This document shows positions 8,678-16,979 of a stretch of 53,136 nucleotides of DNA, in pieces. Source of the DNA: a virus (Duplodnaviria; Caudoviricetes); IMG/VR virus record IMGVR_UViG_3300037585_000579, positions 1 through 53,136 of that record. One strand, written 5' to 3'. The translations under genes were made by a program, and so were the position numbers. How positions within the stretch are numbered: the first letter of the stretch is position 1; every line of letters starts with the position of its first letter. A model generated the notes under the pieces. That model saw nothing but the letters and a program-made list of their open reading frames with translations, searched no databases and was not told where the DNA came from.

Positions 8678-10795
8678 TTATGTTCGTCTTCTAGGCTCTG
8701 GGTTCATCGCCTGTCCAGCACTTTGAGTTATTCTCATTATCTCTTTAACATGGTTAGGAACAAGTCTTAATTGTTCAGGATCCTCTTCAAAGGCTGTCTC
8801 TAACATATCAGTGATTGCTTCTTTGTTGGATTTTCCTTCAGCTTGAAGAATTGCAGCTTTTTCTAATATCTTTGCTTGCTCGTTATTTAATTTGTTTCTC
8901 TCTATATACATATCAAAGCGAGCTTTGTTACTAGCACTCAAAGCTTTAGATATAGCCGCCTTTGCAGTTAGACCTTTTAGTCTTAGCTCTTCTGCATCGC
9001 TCTTTGCCTTAATAAGAGCAGTTAAGGCTGCTACATCCCCATCGGCAGCCGCTATTGCAATCTTAGCATTAAGATCATCTATAGTATCTCCAACCGCTGC
9101 CTGACGGTCTGCTTCTGCCTGTCTACTTGCAGCCATTTGGGTAGTTGTCTTACCAAAAGCAGATCCAATGTTTGATTCAGGATCTAAAATATTTTGAGAA
9201 AAACGACCTAATGTTTGAACTAGATCACTGATGCGAGCTTGTTCTTTTCTTTCTGCATTTCTTTCTGATTTACTCTTTTTTGCACCTTCTAAAGCAGATT
9301 TTCTATCCGCTGCCTGTTTAATAATTAAATCATATAACTTCTGGGCATCTGATACAGTAGGCTCTGGTGGCCTTACACTTGAGCCTTTAGGTAAAGTTCC
9401 ATACATATCCGCTTCGCCCATACCAGCAGAACCTGCTTGAATCCTATCATCTTTTAAGTTAAAGCCTGTGGGTGAGTTAGGATCACGCCTTAAACCGGGA
9501 TTAAGAACTTCTGCTGTTCTTATTGCTTCTAATGCTGGAATATCTTCGATATTTATACCACTATCAGGAGATCCCGGCTCTATTTCATTTGAAAACTGTT
9601 TCTCTAAAGGAAGAGATACAGAAGCTTGTGCAGGATTAGCTCCAAGACCTATTGCTCGAATTGCATCTGATAACGTAATTTTTCCACCTACTCTTTCTGA
9701 TATTTGTTCTCTAGTAGGAAGTCCACTAGGCATTCTTTGCCCTGAAACACCGCCTGAAAAAGCTCTAGTTACAGGCAGTCCTGCAAGACCACCGCCAGCA
9801 AGACGCCTTACTTGACCGCCAGCAGCCTTTGATTTTGGGCTAGTACCAGTAGGAGTATAGGCACTACCAAAACCACCGGGACTAAATCCACCAAAGGAAC
9901 CATATAAAGAACCAAGTCCTGAAGCAGTACTTAAAAACTGTTGCATTCCCGTTGGCTGTCTAGTACTTGTAGTTACAATCTCATTTTTAAGATTTGGAAA
10001 ACCTTGAATAGTACTTTGATATCTTTGTAGCTGCTCTTCAGGAAATCTTCTTTCTTCAAGAAAGTCTTTATAATTTTCATCTAAACTTGTCTGTACTCTT
10101 GCACGTTCATCTTCTCCAATAGCTGTTAAACCAGCTAACTCTTTAGCTTGAGTACCATACTCTTGTGCAGCTAGTGCAGGAAAACGCTCTGCTGTCATAC
10201 CCTCTCTTCTTTTTTGAGCTTCAAAAGCTGCCCGACCAGCATCAAAAGCTGCGGCACTTCCTTTTGTCTGGATGTCCGAAAGATTCTGCATAAAAGCTTC
10301 TCCCAAGCTCCCTACTTGTACACCTGCTCTAGTACCAAGTCCAGACATTCCTCCAGCGTCTGAAGCAAATTTTTCAAACTTGGGCATAACCCTTCTTGAA
10401 AAATCTTCTTCTGCTTTTCGTAAAGCTACATCAGTCACTGCCTGTTGATAAGGATTCAGATATTCTTGGGCAGTATCGGCAGTAAACTTTTCAGTCTGCA
10501 AACCATACAGACGCCTAGCTTCATCATAGTCAGCTTGTTGACTTCCTACTAAACCTCGTATACCTTCTCTTGCGGTAAGCTCGTCTTGCGTAAGATCAGC
10601 TACTGTTTGTCCTTGATAAGGTTGATATCCTGCTTCTATTCTTGAATCATGAAGAGCTTGACTTTTTTCTAAAAGATCTTTATAAAAAGGAGCTATCTCT
10701 GCTGAAAGACCTTCTTCAGTAATAACAGTACCAGTAGGAGCAACTCTTGGAGCAGACTCGCCTATGCCCAGAACAGATGAAAAAATACTAGCCAT
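8678..10795 (-). CDS. Internal virion / DNA-transfer protein
   Basis: YQPYQGQTVA and YLNPYQQAVTD motifs common in podophage injection proteins; Ala/Gln-rich helical composition; position. Confidence 0.6.
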   Translation of the reverse strand: MASIFSSVLGIGESAPRVAPTGTVITEEGLSAEIAPFYKDLLEKSQALHDSRIEAGYQPYQGQTVADLTQDELTAREGIRGLVGSQQADYDEARRLYGLQTEKFTADTAQEYLNPYQQAVTDVALRKAEEDFSRRVMPKFEKFASDAGGMSGLGTRAGVQVGSLGEAFMQNLSDIQTKGSAAAFDAGRAAFEAQKRREGMTAERFPALAAQEYGTQAKELAGLTAIGEDERARVQTSLDENYKDFLEERRFPEEQLQRYQSTIQGFPNLKNEIVTTSTRQPTGMQQFLSTASGLGSLYGSFGGFSPGGFGSAYTPTGTSPKSKAAGGQVRRLAGGGLAGLPVTRAFSGGVSGQRMPSGLPTREQISERVGGKITLSDAIRAIGLGANPAQASVSLPLEKQFSNEIEPGSPDSGINIEDIPALEAIRTAEVLNPGLRRDPNSPTGFNLKDDRIQAGSAGMGEADMYGTLPKGSSVRPPEPTVSDAQKLYDLIIKQAADRKSALEGAKKSKSERNAERKEQARISDLVQTLGRFSQNILDPESNIGSAFGKTTTQMAASRQAEADRQAAVGDTIDDLNAKIAIAAADGDVAALTALIKAKSDAEELRLKGLTAKAAISKALSASNKARFDMYIERNKLNNEQAKILEKAAILQAEGKSNKEAITDMLETAFEEDPEQLRLVPNHVKEIMRITQSAGQAMNPEPRRRT

Positions 10796-10799
10796 ATCA

Positions 10800-11921
10800 T
10801 TAACCTCTCAAATTACTATTAATTGTTCGAAAGCCATCTAATTCTTTTTGTTGATTAGGAGTACCATAGGCTTCCATTCTCACTTGTTTACTAAAACGAT
10901 CCATATCATCAGCCCCTGCATCAGGATTACCATTACCAAGAATAGCCATTACATCAGCAGGAACTACATATTCTTTTGGACTTACAGCAAGCAAACCTTC
11001 AACAGGACCACCAGCTTCTCTTATTGCATAATATTGATCATCTTCCATACCATCACTTCTTCCGGGGACACGACCTTCAAAATCTAGACCAGCTAAACCA
11101 CCACTTTTACTCCTTTTAGTATATGTAAACTTAGGAAGTTGTCTTCTTCTAGGTTGTCTTCCTCTACTCACATTAAATATTGCTTCTTGAGTTCGTTGCG
11201 GCTGCCTTGGGTCATAGTCTAAAGGATCGTCAGGATCACGGGCTACGGAAGCCAATTTCTGACTGTTAAAGCCTGAATAGGGATCAATAGCCTTTTTAGT
11301 TTCTGGTTTATCATCTGTTTCAGTACCTGTTTCAGATGTCAAACCTTCAACTAGTAGAGCATCTGCTCCTCGTTTTTTTAAGTTGTCTAATGTAAATTGA
11401 TTTTCTGCTGCGGTTATCAAACGGGAACCAAAGTCATCACCCGGTGTACGTCCAAAATCTGGATCGCTCTTTTGTGGGAAAAAGTTACGAGGCCCCTCGT
11501 TTCTTAAATAGCTCATTCCTGCCGGAATTACTCCTTGTGCAACATTTTTTGCTATGTTTGTTTTTTTACCTGTTATCTTATCCATAAGAATTGATGTAAG
11601 GAAGCCAGCACCAGCACCGATCCCTAGTCCAGCACCAGCATCTATAGCCACATTAGCTGCAAACGACGGTATAACATTTCCTAACACACTTGCGATACCT
11701 CCAAAACTTCGATTAGAAACAGGAAGAGAAACAAGTCCTCCTTGATTCATATACATTGTTGTTGGAGGAGGCTGCATAGCCATAGGCTGCATAGCCATAG
11801 GCTGTGCAGGTGCTTCTTGCATTTGCATAGCTTCTAAAGTATCACCCCTTTGAAAAGTATCTTGAAAATCTAATAAGTCTTGTACTTTATTAGATGATTC
11901 TAAAGGTTTAGGTCTGATCAT
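10800..11921 (-). CDS. Putative virion protein with repeated xxGGxV/A motifs
   Basis: GRVPGRSDGMEDD...VSPKEYVVPADV C-terminal domain; several GG motifs; position in the structural arm. Confidence 0.5.
   Translation of the reverse strand: MIRPKPLESSNKVQDLLDFQDTFQRGDTLEAMQMQEAPAQPMAMQPMAMQPPPTTMYMNQGGLVSLPVSNRSFGGIASVLGNVIPSFAANVAIDAGAGLGIGAGAGFLTSILMDKITGKKTNIAKNVAQGVIPAGMSYLRNEGPRNFFPQKSDPDFGRTPGDDFGSRLITAAENQFTLDNLKKRGADALLVEGLTSETGTETDDKPETKKAIDPYSGFNSQKLASVARDPDDPLDYDPRQPQRTQEAIFNVSRGRQPRRRQLPKFTYTKRSKSGGLAGLDFEGRVPGRSDGMEDDQYYAIREAGGPVEGLLAVSPKEYVVPADVMAILGNGNPDAGADDMDRFSKQVRMEAYGTPNQQKELDGFRTINSNLRG
11769..11804. repeat. In-frame 15-bp tandem repeat (QPMAM x2.4)
   Basis: AGGCTGCATAGCCAT twice plus AGGCTG. 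Confidence 0.9.
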
Positions 11922-12141
11922 TCTTTTTCCCCGGTGTTAGATAATTAGATGGAACTTTATAGGTATTTACATAACTATCATAAGCTTGTTGTATTTTTTT
12001 TATTGGCTCTAGTTTTTGCTGGGCAGTATACATATTAGGTGGAATAACTAATCCTTGATTAATTGCACTTATGAAAGTAATCCCCGGATCATTAATAAGT
12101 TTAATTTGATCATTAAGTTTATCTAGTTGAGATTTTGCCAT
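11908..12141 (-). CDS. Hypothetical protein
   Basis: Fills the gap and overlaps both neighbours. Confidence 0.55.
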   Translation of the reverse strand: MAKSQLDKLNDQIKLINDPGITFISAINQGLVIPPNMYTAQQKLEPIKKIQQAYDSYVNTYKVPSNYLTPGKKNDQT

Positions 12142-12398
12142 GATGTTTCCGATCCAAGACTGACATAGCCTTTAAATTTACCTGTACTTGCTGAGTATGC
12201 AATATCACCTTTTTGCGGTCTTCCTATATCTGTAATAGTCACAACTGTATATATATTTGTAGATGGTGTTGTATCTACTTGTATATCTCTGCTAGTCAAC
12301 TCATTAATTAAAATAGCTCCCCATCTTTGAATATCATTATACATCTTTTGCATGTCTTTCTGAGACATATTATAAGGGAGTGTGGGATATCTTGCCAT
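12123..12398 (-). CDS. Small tail-associated protein
   Basis: ATG 12398 coupled to the upstream TAA (TAATG); KGDIAYSASTGKFKGY...WQNL. Confidence 0.6.
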   Translation of the reverse strand: MARYPTLPYNMSQKDMQKMYNDIQRWGAILINELTSRDIQVDTTPSTNIYTVVTITDIGRPQKGDIAYSASTGKFKGYVSLGSETSWQNLN

Positions 12399-14236
12399 TA
12401 TCTTTGACCATCCCCCTGATATCCTATTCGAAGTGATCCCCATCGCCAACTAGCATTATTAGATCCACAAGACACCCTCACCTTTGCTTGGCGGCCTCTG
12501 ATTCTAAAGTCAACTTTTTGAGTAGCTTCTGTAATCTTAAATTCTTTTGTTATAGCTTCCGAACTTTCTGGATATTGTTTCGTAGTAAATTTCATTTTAA
12601 TTTCACCGCCAGATAAAGCATAGTCTGGAATTACCTTATCCATAAACATAATATCATTACCATCTGCAATATCAAAATCACCAGACTCAATAAAAGATAT
12701 TAATGTTTCGCCACTTCCTGTAAAGACATCTTTAGGTTCGTTGTTATAAATATTATTACCGGCTGCTGTGACACCTGTAGTAATAGTATTTCCAAATACT
12801 TCCTTATCTGTGAAAGTTGTAAAGATCATTTCACCATAGACCCAGTAATCATCCACAGGATTATAAATGACATACTTATTACATTCTGTATTAGCTTCCG
12901 AAGGATATAACCAGATAATTTCATTAAACTCAGAATTAATACCTGTATATACTTTATCGTAGTAGTCACGATTAATATCATCAAAAATATATCTACGAAC
13001 AGTAGCACCTAAAGTTTCAACTTGACCTGTAAATCTATAAAAATTACCAAATCCCATCCAGTAAGAAACACCATTAAAATCAATACCAGCATGAGGACCA
13101 ACCATGCCACAGTTTGTACCCGCCTGATTAAATCTAAATGTAAAAGGTGGTCCCGCATATTCCATTAACCAAAGAGCATTATCAGTCCAAATATTAATTG
13201 CATTCTTAGCACGCAGACCCCCTACAATTTTTGTACCATCTGTGAGAACAACTTCACCAGCCGTGGTATTTAAAGAAGGAACCCAATTACTACGATTATC
13301 TTGATCAGACCATCTAACGAGCATAGGATCAAAAACTCCGCTTACAGTAGCTGTAGCTGAATAGGAGTTCACGCCTAAAGCTATAAGATGTCTATCATTT
13401 GGAGATACGACAATAGAATTAACACTAATAGGAGAAGTCGTAATAGATGTAGCTCTTGTTGGTATTGTGGAAGCATCACTATCATAGTAAAATATATTAC
13501 CACCCCGGCGATTAGCCACAATATCCTCACCCCAGTTGTCCAGACTCCACTGAGTAATATCAAATACAATGCCAGATGATCCCGCAGATGCTGGTTGATT
13601 CCATGCTCTTGTTTGGGAGGCACATACAGTTGCTTGATACTTAGCAGCACCATAGCCTAGACCAGCCGCTGCAACAGAATAGCCGGTTGGAATATAATAT
13701 TTAAATGTTGCTGATCCTGCATCACTGCCCGTAGCGTTAGCAGCATCGGTAACTGATATAGTAAATACATTAGCACTTTCCACAGAGATAACAGGATATG
13801 TATTTCCCTGCAAACTTACAGCATTAAAAGCTGCTGAAGATGTAAACAATACATAATCACCTACAGCCCTGCCATGTCCAGCAGCAGAACAACAAACTCT
13901 TGTACTTCCAGATGATGTACCAAAAACATTAGCAAGAGTAACTGCTGTCGTTATTGGAGTAATATCATATAGCTGATCTCCATTATGTTCATATAGTTTA
14001 TCTGGTGTACCAAAGATTGCTCTTTTTATATTGTCTGTATCTGCCCATGCAATTAAAGCTCTGGCTGAACCATCAAAAGTTGCATTTAAAGCTCTTGTTT
14101 CGTAACCACGCATATTCTCTGGACGCCCTGCACGGAAGCGTACATAGTTACCACTAAACCAACGCTGTCCTTCCGCATATTGCGTAGTTTCTCTATGGAA
14201 GCCTTGCTGAAATTCAAACTTTGCTAGTTTTGTCAT
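12398..14236 (-). CDS. Tail tubular/nozzle (stabilisation) protein
   Basis: 612 aa, beta-rich; WSLDNWGEDIVA, VRWSDQDN and RGRQAKVRV motifs of podophage nozzle proteins. Confidence 0.7.
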   Translation of the reverse strand: MTKLAKFEFQQGFHRETTQYAEGQRWFSGNYVRFRAGRPENMRGYETRALNATFDGSARALIAWADTDNIKRAIFGTPDKLYEHNGDQLYDITPITTAVTLANVFGTSSGSTRVCCSAAGHGRAVGDYVLFTSSAAFNAVSLQGNTYPVISVESANVFTISVTDAANATGSDAGSATFKYYIPTGYSVAAAGLGYGAAKYQATVCASQTRAWNQPASAGSSGIVFDITQWSLDNWGEDIVANRRGGNIFYYDSDASTIPTRATSITTSPISVNSIVVSPNDRHLIALGVNSYSATATVSGVFDPMLVRWSDQDNRSNWVPSLNTTAGEVVLTDGTKIVGGLRAKNAINIWTDNALWLMEYAGPPFTFRFNQAGTNCGMVGPHAGIDFNGVSYWMGFGNFYRFTGQVETLGATVRRYIFDDINRDYYDKVYTGINSEFNEIIWLYPSEANTECNKYVIYNPVDDYWVYGEMIFTTFTDKEVFGNTITTGVTAAGNNIYNNEPKDVFTGSGETLISFIESGDFDIADGNDIMFMDKVIPDYALSGGEIKMKFTTKQYPESSEAITKEFKITEATQKVDFRIRGRQAKVRVSCGSNNASWRWGSLRIGYQGDGQR

Positions 14237-14262
14237 CTGAATATATTCCTACTTAAACTAAT

Positions 14263-15057
14263 CTAGACGTTGCTATCTTCGTAACCTGAATTAATATCTA
14301 GTAATTCAAGTGCTTTATTATGAGGCCGTCCTCTGTAGATATAAGTTTTAGGATTTGCTTTTGAACGCCATTTTCCATAACTACCATACTTAGCAAAAAT
14401 TGAGTCAAGTTCGGCACCGCTTAAATCAGTACGTTTCTCTATGACGCTTTCATAAAGACAAGACATACAACGATATGATATGTCATTTGGATCGTGACGA
14501 GGGTTACACTTACTGGGAATAAGTTTTACTAATTCAGAAGGCATTTTCTCCCACTGCTCAAAACGACCCATCAGATCAGCAGCAATCATATTATAATTAA
14601 AATCTTTGCCTTGAGCAATAGGTATTAACTCACGACTACCTGAAAAATAGTTATCTACACCAGCAGTTTCAAAAAGATATCTTAGTCTTTCATGGTTATC
14701 AGTTGCTGTGTTTTCCAAGCTTATACCTATAACAATACCATCTGGTTTTTTGTCATCAATCAATTTTTTGTATCCATGATATCGGGGTTTTATCATACCT
14801 ATATCTAATGTATTACTAAAACCAACTCTTATACTTTCTTGTTTTGGAATATAATTAACCGGCCATTGAATCTTTTCAAACTCAAAGTTTCGGATATTAT
14901 CTTTTAGCCAGACAACAACAGATTCTTCATTATTAGGAGTATCAGACCACTGTTCTTCAGCACAGATTGCAGTTATCTCATGATCAGTATCAGATAACCA
15001 ACGCCATAATGCATATGTTGAATTAACACCGGCTGAAAAAGGAATAAGAATTTTCAT
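14263..15057 (-). CDS. PP-loop (QueC/adenine-nucleotide alpha hydrolase)-like protein with degenerate motif
   Basis: N-terminal ILIPFSAGVNSTYAL (canonical SGGxDS); C-terminal C...CMSC. Confidence 0.5.
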   Translation of the reverse strand: MKILIPFSAGVNSTYALWRWLSDTDHEITAICAEEQWSDTPNNEESVVVWLKDNIRNFEFEKIQWPVNYIPKQESIRVGFSNTLDIGMIKPRYHGYKKLIDDKKPDGIVIGISLENTATDNHERLRYLFETAGVDNYFSGSRELIPIAQGKDFNYNMIAADLMGRFEQWEKMPSELVKLIPSKCNPRHDPNDISYRCMSCLYESVIEKRTDLSGAELDSIFAKYGSYGKWRSKANPKTYIYRGRPHNKALELLDINSGYEDSNV

Positions 15058-15696
15058 TTAACCGACCGTTCCTAAAAATGTTCCTGTGGTTGAGATAGTT
15101 AGCCCATTCTTTCTGACAGCATACCCGGCAGCACCGCCAGCACCAGCAGGAAAATTTATACAATCCGCAGACCCAGAGCCGGGATTACTACCGTCAGCGC
15201 CCGCTTCTCCCAAACCACCTGCCGCTCCTGCGCTTCCTATGTATGTTGGAGTGGAACAAGACCCCGGACCTTTGCCGCCGCCACCATAAAAAGTCGAACG
15301 GCTTGCACCACCGCCGCCTCCACCGCCGCCTCCACCCCATGTTCCATTATTTATAATAGACCACGTTGAACCGCTGGCGGTAAATTCAGCATAAAACGCA
15401 TCACCACCTACCGCACCATCCGCTCCCGCAGAACCAACATCTCCTGTATATCCAGAAACAGTTCCATTATTTGTTATCGTAACAATTGAATTAGCAGGAA
15501 AATTACCTGAACTAATTGCATTAGTTGTTGTTCCAGATAATGTTATTCCGCTATTAATAATAATATTTAATATACCACCGGCACTAGCATCAAAGCCAAC
15601 AGCCACAGCATCCGACAGGAGATTAACATTAGTAGCGTCTGCTGAATATGTTAGTGTAGCTTCTTGAAGAAACCAGAATGAAGAAAACATCGTCAT
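15058..15696 (-). CDS. Glycine-rich tail fibre tip/adhesin-like protein
   Basis: NNGT repeats, poly-Gly run, GAGGAAGYAV; follows a fibre gene. Confidence 0.6.
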   Translation of the reverse strand: MTMFSSFWFLQEATLTYSADATNVNLLSDAVAVGFDASAGGILNIIINSGITLSGTTTNAISSGNFPANSIVTITNNGTVSGYTGDVGSAGADGAVGGDAFYAEFTASGSTWSIINNGTWGGGGGGGGGGASRSTFYGGGGKGPGSCSTPTYIGSAGAAGGLGEAGADGSNPGSGSADCINFPAGAGGAAGYAVRKNGLTISTTGTFLGTVG

Positions 15697-16745
15697 TAAG
15701 AAAAAGCTTTCTGAACTGCTCCAAGAAGTATGTTATCAGCACTCTGTACAAAGTATGGGACTACATCGACAGCATCAGCAGCCGTACTCAAAGTAATACC
15801 AGCACCTGACGCTGTTTTATATTGTGATCCAAGTGTTAGTGTTCTGGAACCAGTACCGTCTTGAATAAATGTAATTACACCTGCCTGACCAACTTGTTCT
15901 GTTGTGGGGTTGGCAAGCGTTAGATTTCCGGTAAGTGTCAGTATAAAATTTTGATTAGCAGCAAAATCAAGTGTCACGCTTCCTGTATTAGATGTATCAG
16001 TATCTGTGGTGGCAAGAAAAGTACCTGTAACTTGAGCACCTGTGTTTGTTGTTGCAAGTTTTACTGCATTATCATAATAAATACCAACAGCACCGTCTTC
16101 AGTAGCGTTAATCATGGTTTCGGTTGCGGCTGCATTAGAAATAATAACATTAGAACCAGCCACATACAAACTACCAGTACCAGTTTCCTGAACATAACTA
16201 TGTGATCCAGTATGATAAACTTGAAGATCGCTGCCTGTGCCAAAATTAGCTTTGGCATTATCAACAAACATAGCAGAAGTAGATACTGTTAAAACACTTG
16301 TAATAATACTGTTAAAAATATTACTTGTAACTGGTAGGACAGTTGTACCATTAGTAACATAAAGAGCAGTACTTCCCTGCTCAAGCGTAGAACCAGAATT
16401 ACCAGCAACTTTCAATACTACAGAATCTGTACTATCATTATATGATACAGAATTTCTAACTATATAAGATTTAGAGTTGTTAGGAACAAGGACAACAATA
16501 TCATCGTGAGTGCCGCCAACTGTGCCTTTAAATTCAAGAATAGCAGAACGAGATTGATCGCCAGCACCCTGAACATTAGTTAAAGTTACAGTTGCAGCAC
16601 TACCAAGTGATACAGTAGTGTACCCAGCAATAGCATCATCAACAAGACTGATAACTCCATCATTAAGAATAGCTCCCCAACTGTTTGGGTTCTCTCCATC
16701 TGCTTGCTTTGTCAGACGGAGATTAGTTGTATATGTGCTTGCCAT
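15696..16745 (-). CDS. Tail fibre protein
   Basis: MASTYTTNLRL...GENPNSWG attachment N-terminus; C-terminal LTGNLTLANPT...IQDGTGSRTL domain. Confidence 0.75.
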   Translation of the reverse strand: MASTYTTNLRLTKQADGENPNSWGAILNDGVISLVDDAIAGYTTVSLGSAATVTLTNVQGAGDQSRSAILEFKGTVGGTHDDIVVLVPNNSKSYIVRNSVSYNDSTDSVVLKVAGNSGSTLEQGSTALYVTNGTTVLPVTSNIFNSIITSVLTVSTSAMFVDNAKANFGTGSDLQVYHTGSHSYVQETGTGSLYVAGSNVIISNAAATETMINATEDGAVGIYYDNAVKLATTNTGAQVTGTFLATTDTDTSNTGSVTLDFAANQNFILTLTGNLTLANPTTEQVGQAGVITFIQDGTGSRTLTLGSQYKTASGAGITLSTAADAVDVVPYFVQSADNILLGAVQKAFS

Positions 16746-16954
16746 TAACTTGCCTTTCCTTTTTCTTTATTTTTCTCTCTACACTCAGACTTAAATATTG
16801 TTGCAGATGGTACTTGTTTAATTATATTTTCAACATGTTCTTTATATACTTGACATGCTTCTAAGTTATTAAAACTACCTGTAATAGATCTTTCTATGAC
16901 ACCCTGATTAGAAGACAACACTAAGATTCCTATTACAGATAAGTAATAAAACAT
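16745..16954 (-). CDS. Small hypothetical protein with signal-like N-terminus
   Basis: Stop coupled to the next ATG; hydrophobic N-terminus; two Cys. Confidence 0.5.
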   Translation of the reverse strand: MFYYLSVIGILVLSSNQGVIERSITGSFNNLEACQVYKEHVENIIKQVPSATIFKSECREKNKEKGKAS

Positions 16955-16979
16955 ATTATCTATATTTTCCTATAAGTTT

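Noticed and set aside
14263-15057. 7-deazaguanine DNA modification pathway
   Set aside because: The PP-loop is degenerate and no partner genes are present in the window.
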